Below are positions 1 to 9,738 of a DNA stretch of 64,000 bases, piece after piece. Every line of letters starts with the position of its first letter. Position 1 is the stretch's first letter. The translations under genes and the position numbers were made by a program. Source of the DNA: an uncultured Gammaproteobacteria bacterium (GTDB lineage Bacteria > Patescibacteriota > Microgenomatia > PFEM01 > DATLAM01). Below the pieces are notes generated by a model that saw only the letters and a list, made by a program, of their open reading frames with translations, ran no database searches and had not been told where the DNA came from. The stretch spans positions 184 to 64,183 of the forward strand of contig CAZMIZ010000005.1 in assembly GCA_964566925.1 (NCBI GenBank), in the 5' to 3' direction.

Positions 1-51
1 TATCTAACCGGCGCTCTGATCTATGTAGACGGCGGCTGGTTATCAGCGTGA
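1..51 (+). CDS. 3' end of an upstream gene; the C-terminus (...LTGALIYVDGGWLSA*) resembles a short-chain dehydrogenase/reductase
   Basis: In-frame translation of bases 1-51 ends in VDGG-W, a typical SDR C-terminal motif, followed by TGA. Partial gene at the window edge. Confidence 0.3.
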   Translation, partial: YLTGALIYVDGGWLSA

Positions 52-61
52 ATGGTTCGGG

Positions 62-637
62 ATGATTTTTATGGAGAAAGGGAGAGTTGAGGACACCTTA
101 AAAAACAATGGCGTGGGGGTTTTACCCACGGATACCCTTTATGGACTGGTAGGTTCGGCTCTCTCAAAAAAAGCGGTTGGGAAGATTTATCAGCTAAAAA
201 AAAGAAACCCCCAAAAACCTCTAATTATTCTGATTAGCTCCTTATCCGATTTAGCTTTATTCAAAATTAAAGTCGACCAGAAAACAAAAAAGATATTAAA
301 TCAATGTTGGCCCGGAAAGGTGAGCGTTATTTTCCCTTGTCCTTCAAAAAAGTTTGCTTATCTTCATCGAGGAGGGGAGACTCTAGCCTTTCGGTTACCT
401 GATAAAAAGGATTTACGGTTTTTACTTAAAAAAACTGGGCCATTAGTGGCACCAACAGCCAATCCTGAAGGCCTGGAGCCAGCGAAAACGATTGAGGAAG
501 CTAAAGCCTATTTTAATGATCAGGTTGATTTTTATCTTGATCAAGGCAGGCTTGATTCTTTGCCTTCCACATTGATTAAGGTAGAAAGTGGGAGGGTTGA
601 GGTTTTAAGGCGGGGAGCGGTTAGAATTTCTTCTTGA
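62..637 (+). CDS. tsaC: L-threonylcarbamoyladenylate synthase (YrdC/TsaC family)
   Basis: 191 aa. The YrdC signature LPTDTLYGLVGSA and the short single-domain YrdC size are present. Confidence 0.75.
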   Translation: MIFMEKGRVEDTLKNNGVGVLPTDTLYGLVGSALSKKAVGKIYQLKKRNPQKPLIILISSLSDLALFKIKVDQKTKKILNQCWPGKVSVIFPCPSKKFAYLHRGGETLAFRLPDKKDLRFLLKKTGPLVAPTANPEGLEPAKTIEEAKAYFNDQVDFYLDQGRLDSLPSTLIKVESGRVEVLRRGAVRISS

Positions 638-654
638 AGTTTATTTTTTCCTAA

Positions 655-1005
655 TTGAAAATGGGATCGGTTTTGGGTAAGATAAAAAGGATGCTTGAAT
701 TAACTAATAAAAGCTTTCAAGAGGAGGTTTTGAAGGCTAAAGAGCCGGTTTTGGTTGATTTTTGGGCGCCTTGGTGCGGACCCTGTAGAATGGCTGGACC
801 GGTGATTGATGAGTTGGCCCAGGAATATGAGGGAAAAGTGAAGGTAGGCAAGCTCAACGTTGATGAGAATCCGAAGACGGCCGAGAAATATGGGGTAATG
901 AGTATCCCCACGGTAATAATCTTCAAAGAAGGTAAAGAAGCTAAAAGGCAGATAGGCTTTCCCGGCAAAGCGGGTTATGAGCAATTGATTAAGGGGGTGC
1001 TTTAG
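655..1005 (+). CDS. trxA: Thioredoxin
   Basis: 116 aa. Carries the WCGPC active-site motif and is adjacent to trxB. Confidence 0.85.
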   Translation: MKMGSVLGKIKRMLELTNKSFQEEVLKAKEPVLVDFWAPWCGPCRMAGPVIDELAQEYEGKVKVGKLNVDENPKTAEKYGVMSIPTVIIFKEGKEAKRQIGFPGKAGYEQLIKGVL

Positions 1006-1178
1006 TTCGGGGAAACATATTTTTCAAAGACGCGAGACGAGATTTAGAGGTAAATTGGAACCTTCTAGTCTCTCGCTAAGTGATCGTCAGCAGTGTTTCT
1101 TGAAAGTGAATGAATAACGCCATCTGACTGACGATCAAATTCTTTTCAAAACAGTTTCCCTTCACTCTAAAAGAAGAT

Positions 1179-2141
1179 ATGGAGGATCAGGCTTACGACC
1201 TCATCATTATTGGCTCTGGTCCAGCAGGCTTTACTGCCTCGATTTATGCGAGCCGATACAAGCTTTCCAACCTGGTTTTAGGTGAGAAGGTAGGGGGAAC
1301 GATTGGCTTAGCGAGTAAAGTCGAGAATTACCCTGGCTTTCATTCTATTTCAGGTTTGGATTTAATGGCTAAGATTGAGGAGCATGTTAAAGGTCTGGGT
1401 GCGGAAGTGGTCTATGATCCAGTCACCGGGGTAAAAAAAGAAGGAGAGAGTTTTGAGGTTTTAGTTCAATCAGGCAAAAATCTTCTGGCAAAAGCGATTA
1501 TCATTACCACCGGAACGGAGAGAAGAAGTCTTGGGGTTCCCGGCGAAAAAGAGTATCTTGGTCGAGGTGTAACTTATTGTACAACTTGCGACGCCCCGTT
1601 TTTTAGAGATAAAGTGGTGGCTTTAATTGGCGGGGCAGATAGCGCTGTTTCCGGTGCGATCCACACCGCCGAATTTGCCAAAAAAGTCTACATTATTTAT
1701 CGTAAAGACAAGTTCCGGGCTGAACCAATCTGGGTCGAGCAGGCTTTAAAAAATCCCAAGATTGAACCAATTTATAAGACTAATATTACGGAGATCCTGG
1801 GAGCTTCAGGGAAAGTTAGCGGAGTGGAGCTTAATAATCCCTATCAAGGCAAGAAAAGTCTACCTTTAGACGGAGTTTTTATCGAAATTGGGGGCGTGCC
1901 GGGAGTGGGGATTGCTTCCTCAATGGGGATTGAGCTGACTGAAGCCGGTTTTATTAAAGTGAACGAGCAGATGGAAACTAACTTAGCTGGGGTTTTCTCG
2001 GCTGGAGATTGTAATGATCGCTTGCCGAACTTTCAACAAATGATCACTGCTTGTGCTGAAGGGGCTTTAGCGGCGGCTTCTGCCTATAAATTTTTGAAAA
2101 AAGAGCAAGCGCCCCAGATATTAGGAGTTGGTTCTAAATAA
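1179..2141 (+). CDS. trxB: Thioredoxin-disulfide reductase
   Basis: 320 aa. Has an FAD-binding GSGPAG motif, a redox-active CTTCDAPFF (CxxC) motif and an NADPH-binding GGADSA motif. Confidence 0.85.
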   Translation: MEDQAYDLIIIGSGPAGFTASIYASRYKLSNLVLGEKVGGTIGLASKVENYPGFHSISGLDLMAKIEEHVKGLGAEVVYDPVTGVKKEGESFEVLVQSGKNLLAKAIIITTGTERRSLGVPGEKEYLGRGVTYCTTCDAPFFRDKVVALIGGADSAVSGAIHTAEFAKKVYIIYRKDKFRAEPIWVEQALKNPKIEPIYKTNITEILGASGKVSGVELNNPYQGKKSLPLDGVFIEIGGVPGVGIASSMGIELTEAGFIKVNEQMETNLAGVFSAGDCNDRLPNFQQMITACAEGALAAASAYKFLKKEQAPQILGVGSK

Positions 2142-2153
2142 AGATAAGATTTT

Positions 2154-2678
2154 ATGGCTTCCCGAAAAATCACTGACGATCAGCAGGAGATGTTTGTCAT
2201 CGTTGACAAAAACGATAAGGTTATTGGTCAGGCAACTAGGGGAGAATGTCATCGGAATAAAAAATTAATTCATCGCGGAGTAGTTATTTTAGTTTTTAAT
2301 GATCAAGGCGAGCTCTATTTGCAAAAAAGAAGTGCTACTAAAGATCTCTATCCTAGCTTATGGTCGCTTTCGGTTGGAGGCCATGTTGCCAGCGGGGAAA
2401 CCTATGATCAGGCGGCGAAAAAGGAAATGCGAGAAGAATTGGGAATTAACGTTCCTTTTAAGAAGATCGGCAAATTTTTCCATCAGAATGAACGCGAAAC
2501 AGAAATAAATATGGCTTACAAAGCAACCTATAAAGGCCCTTTTAAATTAAGTCCGGAAGAAATTGAGAAGGGAAGATTCTTTAACCCCGAGGCTTTAGCT
2601 AAGAAAGTCAGCTCAGGGGAAATTAAGTTGACACCCCGTGCAAGGCACGGTTTAAAATTTAGCGGAGTTTTAAAATGA
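2154..2678 (+). CDS. Nudix hydrolase
   Basis: 174 aa. Nudix box GGHVASGETYDQAAKKEMREELGI (Gx5Ex7REUxEExGU). Confidence 0.7.
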   Translation: MASRKITDDQQEMFVIVDKNDKVIGQATRGECHRNKKLIHRGVVILVFNDQGELYLQKRSATKDLYPSLWSLSVGGHVASGETYDQAAKKEMREELGINVPFKKIGKFFHQNERETEINMAYKATYKGPFKLSPEEIEKGRFFNPEALAKKVSSGEIKLTPRARHGLKFSGVLK

Positions 2679-3895
2679 ATCCTTTTCAAAACGCCATCCA
2701 ACAATTGGAAAGAGCCGCTGCCTACACCAAAGCGGGGCGGAGAGAGCTTGATAAATTAAAGTACCCAAATAGGCTTATTCGCAAGGAAATATCAATTAAA
2801 TTGGATAACGGAAAAACGGCTAAATTTAAGGCTTTTCGGATTCAATACAATAATGCTCGAGGTCCCTATAAAGGGGGAATCCGTTTTCATCCCCAGGTGA
2901 GTTTGGAGGAAGTCAAGGCTTTGGCTTTTTGGATGAGTATTAAGACCGCGGTCGTTGGTCTTCCTTTGGGAGGTGGTAAAGGTGGGGTGATTGTTGATCC
3001 CAAAGAACTTTCCCAAACGGAAATCGAGCGGCTTTCTCGAGTCTATGTCCGAGCGATTGCTCCTTACATTGGACCCAGGGTGGATGTGCCGGCCCCAGAC
3101 GTGAATACCAACGCTCAAATAATGGCCTGGATGATGGATGAATACGAAAAGATTGTTGGCAAGAAGGCATCAGCCACCTTTACTGGCAAGCCAATTAAAT
3201 TAGGGGGCAGTTTGGGTAGGGAAGCCGCCACTGGCCGCGGTGGACTTTATACTTTACAGGCTTTTCTTCAGGCTTCAAATCAAAACCTGCTTTCTATTGC
3301 CGTCCAAGGGTTTGGTAATGTCGGTTATTGGTTTGCTCAGTTAGCCCATGAGGTTGGTTTTAAAGTCGTGGCTGTTTCAGACAGTAAAGGCGGGATTCTA
3401 AGCCCGAGAGGGTTAAACCCTAAGAAGGTGATGGCCTACAAGAGAAAGACGGGGTCGGTGGTGGGTTTTCCGAGAACTAAAAAGATCACCAATAATCAAT
3501 TGCTAATTACTAAGACTGACATTCTGGCCCCCGCGGCTTTAGAAAACATTATTACCAAGGCGAATGCCGCCAAGATTAAGGCAAAAGTAATTATTGAGCT
3601 GGCTAACGGGCCGGTGACTCCAGGGGCGGATAAAATTTTGATTGAAAAAGGAATTATAGCCGTGCCTGATATTTTGGCTAATGCTGGCGGGGTGACCGTT
3701 TCCTATTTTGAATGGAAGCAGAATCTAACAGGGAAGAAATGGAGTGAAAGAGAGGTTAATCAAAGGCTTGAAAAGATCATGGTGAGGGCTTTTAATTCTA
3801 TTTGGAAAGCGAGTAAAAAATATCAGGTCGATTTACGGACGGCCGCCTATATCCTGGCGATTGAACGGATTGTCAAGGCAATGAAGAAAGATTGA
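2675..3895 (+). CDS. gdhA: Glutamate dehydrogenase (Glu/Leu/Phe/Val dehydrogenase family)
   Basis: 406 aa. Has the PLGGGKGG catalytic glycine-rich motif and a C-terminal Rossmann GFGNVG motif. Confidence 0.85.
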   Translation: MNPFQNAIQQLERAAAYTKAGRRELDKLKYPNRLIRKEISIKLDNGKTAKFKAFRIQYNNARGPYKGGIRFHPQVSLEEVKALAFWMSIKTAVVGLPLGGGKGGVIVDPKELSQTEIERLSRVYVRAIAPYIGPRVDVPAPDVNTNAQIMAWMMDEYEKIVGKKASATFTGKPIKLGGSLGREAATGRGGLYTLQAFLQASNQNLLSIAVQGFGNVGYWFAQLAHEVGFKVVAVSDSKGGILSPRGLNPKKVMAYKRKTGSVVGFPRTKKITNNQLLITKTDILAPAALENIITKANAAKIKAKVIIELANGPVTPGADKILIEKGIIAVPDILANAGGVTVSYFEWKQNLTGKKWSEREVNQRLEKIMVRAFNSIWKASKKYQVDLRTAAYILAIERIVKAMKKD

Positions 3896-3966
3896 CAGAG
3901 AACTATAGGGGATGATATAAGGAATTAACTGCCCGTTTCCAGGGCAGTTTTTAGAAGGAGATAATC

Positions 3967-4677
3967 ATGAGTCCGATTCCAGAAAGATTAGAAATAAAAG
4001 GGGATGATAGAGAGCGGTCTATAGGGAGTTATGTAAAGGTAATGGAAGCTTTAGTAGCCGACAGGGGAAATATTATTCCGTTGGCTGGAGAAGAGATAGA
4101 ATTTCCAGAATTGCCTTCCGCGCAGATTAAAAAGGGATTTAGAATCCCTTTTGACCACCTTTTACATAATCTTTTGCCTTCTAATAGCAACAAATTAGAT
4201 GGCCTCAGAAAATATTATAGGCAATTTGGAATCATGATTAGGGTGGACTGGGAAAGCAGAGTAGCTTTAGTGAAGTCAATTGGGGTCGGGAGAGAGGTGG
4301 AAGTCTATTTAGAAGGAGGGAAATATGCTAGTCGATGTTCAGAGGATGGTAGAACGGAAGGGATTACTTTAACACCTCCACACAGGGAAGTGGTTGGAGC
4401 GCTATTAATTTTAAGTCCCGAAGATTTTGTTTATGCCAGCGAGCATGGAATTTTAATTGGAGAAGAAGTCGGTGAAAAAAATCAAGTTGACCTGGTAGTT
4501 CTACCAGGGAGGCAGTTTAGAGAACTTAATTTGGAATTGCCAGTAAACGAAGAAAGTCTTAGGGAAGATCGAATGTATCCGATTAGCGACATGCGTTTTA
4601 ACCCGCTCGCATCAGTGTTTCGGATGGTAGAGAAGGAAATTGGTCCGCTGACCATCTTTTTTGAACCGACAAAATAG
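3967..4677 (+). CDS. Hypothetical protein
   Basis: 236-aa ORF on the coding strand of the operon. No recognisable motifs. Confidence 0.4.
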   Translation: MSPIPERLEIKGDDRERSIGSYVKVMEALVADRGNIIPLAGEEIEFPELPSAQIKKGFRIPFDHLLHNLLPSNSNKLDGLRKYYRQFGIMIRVDWESRVALVKSIGVGREVEVYLEGGKYASRCSEDGRTEGITLTPPHREVVGALLILSPEDFVYASEHGILIGEEVGEKNQVDLVVLPGRQFRELNLELPVNEESLREDRMYPISDMRFNPLASVFRMVEKEIGPLTIFFEPTK

Positions 4678-4716
4678 GGGGCTTGTCAGGATAGGGTTTT
4701 TAGACTAGAATAGGGC

Positions 4717-4905
4717 ATGATGAAGATCAAGATTGATAAAAACAAATGTATTGGTTGTGGGACGTGTAGGGCCTTAGCGCCCAAAAGCTTTAAATTAGGC
4801 AGTGACGGTAAGGCTCAACTGATTGAGCCGCCGGGTGATGATCAGGCAAAGATTAAGGAGGCCATTGACAGCTGCCCGGTCAATGCGATAAAATCGGCAG
4901 ACTGA
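4717..4905 (+). CDS. Small ferredoxin (single [3Fe-4S]/[4Fe-4S] cluster type)
   Basis: 62 aa. Contains CIGCGTC...CP (CxxCxxC...CP) typical of mini-ferredoxins. Confidence 0.6.
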   Translation: MMKIKIDKNKCIGCGTCRALAPKSFKLGSDGKAQLIEPPGDDQAKIKEAIDSCPVNAIKSAD

Positions 4906-4906
4906 A

Positions 4907-5491
4907 ATGGCTGAAGAAGAAAAAAGCAAAAGTTATACCACTCCCATCTTAATTATCCTGGTGGCCGCTGCTTTCTTTCTACTAGGGAATTATTGGGCCC
5001 AATCAAAAAAAACAGGCGAAAAGAGCGCTGAAGAGGTAGTCCAGGCGAATCCCACGCCAGAAGAAGAAGTTTTGGGCGGAGTAACTTGGAAAACCACCGG
5101 TCTAGGTAATTTTGTGACCTTGGAAGAGGAAGTCTGTTTAGAAGGGGGGAAGCCGGTTGTTTATTATTTTGGCAGAAGTTCTTGTCCTCATTGTTCTTGG
5201 GAACACCCCATTTTTGAAAAGGTGGTTAAAAAGTTTGCCAATTTAATTTCGGTTCATGACAGAATGGACCAAGAGGGAGACGAAGACGTTTTCAGCCAAT
5301 ACTCTCAGCTTAACAACAACGGGATTCCCTTTATGGTTTTAGGGTGTCAATATGCCCAGGTGGGAAGTGGCGAAAGCATTGGCGAGGAAGAAGAAGAGAC
5401 GGTTTTGACGACCTTGATTTGCCAACTGACTGGAGGAGAGCCTGAGAGTGTCTGTGCTAAAGTTCAGGATTTAACCGAAGAGGAAGAATAA
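4907..5491 (+). CDS. Membrane-anchored thioredoxin-fold thiol:disulfide oxidoreductase (CPHC active site)
   Basis: 194 aa. Has an N-terminal TM helix, a thioredoxin-fold motif VVYYFGRSSCPHCSWEHP, and an acidic C-terminal tail. Confidence 0.45.
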   Translation: MAEEEKSKSYTTPILIILVAAAFFLLGNYWAQSKKTGEKSAEEVVQANPTPEEEVLGGVTWKTTGLGNFVTLEEEVCLEGGKPVVYYFGRSSCPHCSWEHPIFEKVVKKFANLISVHDRMDQEGDEDVFSQYSQLNNNGIPFMVLGCQYAQVGSGESIGEEEEETVLTTLICQLTGGEPESVCAKVQDLTEEEE

Positions 5492-5547
5492 CTTCTTTTA
5501 TCTTTCCTTGTTGACATCTTTGGTTCAATGGTATAATTATTTTCAGG

Positions 5548-6195
5548 ATGAATATTTTCCAATTTTTAGTGGATCAGGCCATCTTAAGCGGGGTTTCTGA
5601 GGAGATAATTGTCCTCTTGCTCCTTTTACCCTTAGTGGCCTCGATCGTAGGCGCGGCCCGGCATTTGATTGGTTTTCGGGGTTTTGGTATTTTTATTCCC
5701 ACCGCCATTGCTGTTGCCTTTGTTAAAACCGGGATCGGCACCGGGATTTTGATTTTCTTGACAATTTTACTTTTAGCCAGCATTGGTCGCCAAGGGTTAA
5801 GAAAATTAAGACTTCATTATTTACCCCGAATGGCCCTGATGCTTTGGTTGGTCACCTTAGGGATTCTAGGCATGGTTTTGGCTTCCCCTTATCTAGGCTT
5901 GACTCAACTGACAGCCATTTCCATTTTTCCGATTGTAATTTTGATTCTTTTAGCCGAAGAGTTTATCGCTGTTCAGATAGGGAAATCTCTTCGGGAGGCA
6001 GCCCGGATGACCACCGAAACGATCATCATTGCCTTAATCGGTTACTTTATTTTTACCCTTAAAATCCTCCATAATTTAGCCCTGACTTACCCTCATTGGG
6101 TGGTTTTGACCCCCCTCTTTCTAAATCTTTTTATCGGCCGATTTACAGGTTTACGTCTCCTTGAATACAGACGTTTCAGAAGACTTTTAAAGTAA
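5548..6195 (+). CDS. 7-TM membrane protein (7TM family associated with ATP-grasp/aspartyl-protease systems)
   Basis: 215 aa. Seven hydrophobic helices can be read directly from the sequence. Sits immediately upstream of the ATP-grasp genes. Confidence 0.5.
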   Translation: MNIFQFLVDQAILSGVSEEIIVLLLLLPLVASIVGAARHLIGFRGFGIFIPTAIAVAFVKTGIGTGILIFLTILLLASIGRQGLRKLRLHYLPRMALMLWLVTLGILGMVLASPYLGLTQLTAISIFPIVILILLAEEFIAVQIGKSLREAARMTTETIIIALIGYFIFTLKILHNLALTYPHWVVLTPLFLNLFIGRFTGLRLLEYRRFRRLLK

Positions 6196-6222
6196 AATTT
6201 AGCGAATTTCCCTGAAGCGAAG

Positions 6223-7518
6223 ATGTTTGCTCAAGCTAGTCAAATTTTAGGTTTAAACGCTCGTAGCCTAAGTTACCTTAAGCCTTTAAATACCAAAAGA
6301 GGCCGCCGGATTGCCGATTCTAAGCTTTTAACTAAAAAATATTTAAGAAAGGCTGGTTTGCCCACGCCGAAGCTTCTTAAAGTGTTTAAAAGCCCTCAAG
6401 AGGTGGCAGAGTTTAATTGGTTAACTTTGCCCGACAACTTCGTTTTAAAGCCAGCTTCAGGCTATGCTGGCGGGGGAATTGTCATTGTCAAGAAGAGAGC
6501 TAAATGGGCCGGCGAATGGCGCTTGATGGACGATTCAATCACCAATGTTGCCGATTTTCGTTTGCGATCTTTGGATATCTTGGCTGGCCAGTATAGCCTT
6601 CATAATTTACCAGATTGGGCGATGGTCGAGGAGCGAATTAAAATTACCAAAGTTTTGCGCAAATATGCCTACCAGGGGACGCCTGACGTTCGAGTTTTGG
6701 TTTACAATAAAGTTCCGGTCATGGCCATGCTTCGCTTACCTGCTGCCGAATCAAAAGGAAAATCAAATCTTCACCAAGGAGCAATCGGGGTGGGGATTGA
6801 TATCGCTACCGGTATTACTACCTATGGGATCATCCGGGGCCAGTTTATAAAATATGTCCCAGGGACGAAGAGGAAAATCAACGGCATAAAGCTTCCCAGT
6901 TGGAATACTATTTTGACGCTGGCGGTTAAAGCTCAAGAGGCCGTGCCCTCTTTAGGTTTTGTGGGAGTAGATATTGTTTTTGATAAACAGCACGGTCCGG
7001 TAATCCTGGAACTGAATGCTCGTCCAGGCGTCGAAATTCAAAATGCCAATTTGTCTCCTTTAAAAAGGAGACTGGGGCGAGTTGAAGGTTTAGAGGTTAA
7101 AGACGCTGAACATGGAGTGAAAGTGGCGAAAACCCTTTTTGCCGCTCGGTTTGCTGACCGGGTAATGGTTGAGGAAGGGATAAAGATTCTAGAAGCGGTT
7201 GAGGAGGTTAAAATTCGGTCAGCTGACAAGAAAAAAATGGCCGTTCTCGCCCGAGTTGATAGTGGTGCCTTTCGTAGCTCAATTGATCGGGAATTAGCCA
7301 GAGAATTAGGCTTGTTAAAGAAAAAAAATATTCTCTGGAAAGATCGGTTTACTTACCGTTCAACTGTTGGGAGACAAACCCGGCCCGTGATTGGCCTAAC
7401 CTTTTGGCTGGCGGGAAGGAGAATTAGAACTTCGGCCTCGGTGGCTGATCGGTCAAAAATGAAAGTACCGATGATCATTGGCAGAAATGATCTAGGGGGC
7501 TTTTTAGTTAGGCCTTAA
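6223..7518 (+). CDS. RimK-like ATP-grasp amidoligase fused to a C-terminal retropepsin-like (DSGA) aspartyl-protease domain
   Basis: 431 aa. ATP-grasp motifs VLKPASGYAGGGIVIV, DVRVLVYN and VDIVFD..PVILELNARPG are present. The C-terminal LARVDSGAFRSSIDRELARELGL has the D-S-G-A retropepsin signature of RimK-associated 'zinc protease'-type domains. Confidence 0.6.
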   Translation: MFAQASQILGLNARSLSYLKPLNTKRGRRIADSKLLTKKYLRKAGLPTPKLLKVFKSPQEVAEFNWLTLPDNFVLKPASGYAGGGIVIVKKRAKWAGEWRLMDDSITNVADFRLRSLDILAGQYSLHNLPDWAMVEERIKITKVLRKYAYQGTPDVRVLVYNKVPVMAMLRLPAAESKGKSNLHQGAIGVGIDIATGITTYGIIRGQFIKYVPGTKRKINGIKLPSWNTILTLAVKAQEAVPSLGFVGVDIVFDKQHGPVILELNARPGVEIQNANLSPLKRRLGRVEGLEVKDAEHGVKVAKTLFAARFADRVMVEEGIKILEAVEEVKIRSADKKKMAVLARVDSGAFRSSIDRELARELGLLKKKNILWKDRFTYRSTVGRQTRPVIGLTFWLAGRRIRTSASVADRSKMKVPMIIGRNDLGGFLVRP

Positions 7519-7538
7519 GATTTACCTTACGAAACACA

Positions 7539-8972
7539 ATGAAAGACTTAATTTCCCCTTTGAAAAGGAATAAAGCCCCGATTATTGGTATTGGTGTAAC
7601 CGCTTTTAATCGAATTGGGCCAGCCTTTTTTTTGAACAACTTTGAAATTATTTGCTACAAAAACGGATCTGATTTACCTTCTCTTGAGAAGTTTTGCAAA
7701 ATAATTTCCATTCAGCGTGATCTCCGCGGAGAGAACCTTGAAAGGCTTAATAGCCTGGCCCTTTTAAAACACCGAGGCGTTTTCCATTATCTTAAGAGTA
7801 AAAAGGGGATTAAGATTTTTGTTTATCGTTCAACCGAGCGGATTGATAAGATCTGCGAAGAGAACGGCTGGCAGCTTTTGGCTAATAAAGCAAGAATTAG
7901 GGATGTTTATGAGGATAAAAAGCGGTTTCGCCAGATTGGAAAGAAGGCGAAAATCGGCCTAATTGAAGGAGAAACGCTCAGGATTGATAATCTAGATAGA
8001 GACCAACTCAGGCAGTTTCAGAAGAAGTACGGCCCAAACCTAGTTTTTCAATTAACTGACATTTCCCGGGGCGGTGGCCTAGGCACATTTTTCATCAATC
8101 AGGCTCAAGATTTTGAAAATTTTTGCCAGTTCGTTCGAAAAGAAAGAAGAGAGAGAGAACTAAAAAATGTCAATGTGACTAAACGGATTCAGGGAATTCC
8201 TGCCAGCATTACCGGTTGTGTTACTCACTCTGGCGTAATTTGTAGCCCGATCCAGACCCAGATTATAGATCAGCCAGAAGTGATGGGCCCCACTAAAAGC
8301 AAGGGTAGATTTTGTGGTCATGATTGGCAGTTTAGGCATTATCAAGGCAGACTTCAAAATCAAGCAGAGAGAATCGCTAGGAGGCTAGGAGAATATATGG
8401 GTGGCCAAGGTTATAAGGGTATTTTTGGTATCGATTTGATTATTGATGAGAGGGAGGGTCGAGTTCATCCAGTTGAGTGTAATCCCCGCTACACAGGCGC
8501 TTTTCCAGTCTACACAATGCTTCAGTTACAAGCAGAGGAAATCCCTTTTGAAGCTTTTCATCTTTTGGAGTTTTTAGGAATTCCCTACGAGGTTGATGTG
8601 GAGGCGATTAACCGTTCCTATCAAAGCAAGAAGAGAGGCTCTCACCTAGTCCTTTATAATCGTGATCGGAAAAATTGGGTTAAGGCCTGGGGAAATTTAC
8701 AAGCTGGAGTTTATCGATTAGAGAATGGAAAGCTAAAATTTTTACGGGAAGGGTTTTCAGTTTTTGATATTAAGAATCAATCAGAGTTTGTTTTGACTGA
8801 CGGGGTGCCTAAGAAAGGGGATTTGGTCAAGCCAGGACTTCGCTGCGGAAAGCTGATTTTTAACAAAAGCATCCTAGGGTCAAAGGGCAGATTAACTCCA
8901 GAAGTAAAGGAGATTATTAGGCTGGTTTACAAAAGTTTGGATTTAAGGAAGACGAAATTTAAGCAGATTTAG
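7539..8972 (+). CDS. Second ATP-grasp family ligase
   Basis: 477 aa. GIFGIDLIIDEREGRVHPVECNPRYTGAFP is an ATP-grasp catalytic-loop / Mg-binding motif. Confidence 0.5.
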   Translation: MKDLISPLKRNKAPIIGIGVTAFNRIGPAFFLNNFEIICYKNGSDLPSLEKFCKIISIQRDLRGENLERLNSLALLKHRGVFHYLKSKKGIKIFVYRSTERIDKICEENGWQLLANKARIRDVYEDKKRFRQIGKKAKIGLIEGETLRIDNLDRDQLRQFQKKYGPNLVFQLTDISRGGGLGTFFINQAQDFENFCQFVRKERRERELKNVNVTKRIQGIPASITGCVTHSGVICSPIQTQIIDQPEVMGPTKSKGRFCGHDWQFRHYQGRLQNQAERIARRLGEYMGGQGYKGIFGIDLIIDEREGRVHPVECNPRYTGAFPVYTMLQLQAEEIPFEAFHLLEFLGIPYEVDVEAINRSYQSKKRGSHLVLYNRDRKNWVKAWGNLQAGVYRLENGKLKFLREGFSVFDIKNQSEFVLTDGVPKKGDLVKPGLRCGKLIFNKSILGSKGRLTPEVKEIIRLVYKSLDLRKTKFKQI

Positions 8973-9645
8973 CCTTGGCTAGGTCAACGTAAATTAGATA
9001 GCCGACAACCATCCAAAGGGGAGAAAGAAAGAAGTTGACCAGGGAGCCGATAAAACTAAGCTTAACCAAAATTGATGCAAGGAGAATAGAAATGAGAAAG
9101 ATTAAGGCTAGCCTGCCTAGGACTCCCCAAAAATGACCTTCCACTAGCTGCTTACTTCTTTTTAAGGCTTGAACCGCCCCTGCTTTTTCAATGACGACGA
9201 CATAAGGGATAAAGAAGAACCAAACAGCCAGAATTATTCCAGGAATAATTAAGAGAATAAATCCAAGGATGATCAAAAAAGTTGAGAAGAGAGTAGCTAA
9301 GAAATAGGCTGGCCATTTCTTCCAGGCCAGCTGAAGTATCTTCTTAATAGAGAGAGGCTTTCCTTTTCCAGCCTGGTAAACCGCTTGATAGACTAGGGTT
9401 TGGGACCAAGAGCCAATGATTATCGAGAGAATGATGGAAACTAGGAAGAAAATGATCGCCAAGAAAATCATAAGGGCTTTTTGTTTGGCGAAGATGGCCC
9501 CTGCAGCAGCTGCGGCTGGGGGAATGAAGCCTAGAATAAGAGGAATAATTAAGGCAACGCTTATCAGAAGAGCTTTAGTTAGAAAAACCCAATTGTCTGC
9601 GTAAATCTGGAGGCTGTCTTTGATTAAATTATTGACTGATCGCAT
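8959..9645 (-). CDS. Polytopic membrane protein, hypothetical
   Basis: 228 aa and highly hydrophobic. A copy of the ~45-nt repeat element lies ~50 nt upstream of its start. Confidence 0.4.
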   Translation of the reverse strand: MRSVNNLIKDSLQIYADNWVFLTKALLISVALIIPLILGFIPPAAAAAGAIFAKQKALMIFLAIIFFLVSIILSIIIGSWSQTLVYQAVYQAGKGKPLSIKKILQLAWKKWPAYFLATLFSTFLIILGFILLIIPGIILAVWFFFIPYVVVIEKAGAVQALKRSKQLVEGHFWGVLGRLALIFLISILLASILVKLSFIGSLVNFFLSPLWMVVGYLIYVDLAKAKSA

Positions 9646-9695
9646 AGTTTAAGTATGACAGATAAATCTGACGGCGTCAACTTGGCCCGCCTGAA

Positions 9696-9738
9696 CTTAC
9701 TTTTCGCCTTTTGGGTTCTATTCGAACACGGCTCAAAG
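9696..9738 (-). repeat. Copy (a) of the ~45-nt dispersed element; a near-exact inverted copy of the rRNA-spacer copy at 44234-44276
   Basis: cttacttttcgccttttgggttctattcgaacacggctcaaag(agcg) compared with the reverse complement of 44231-44276 (ccgctctttgagccgttttcgaatagaacccaaaggcgaaaagtaagg). Confidence 0.5.
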
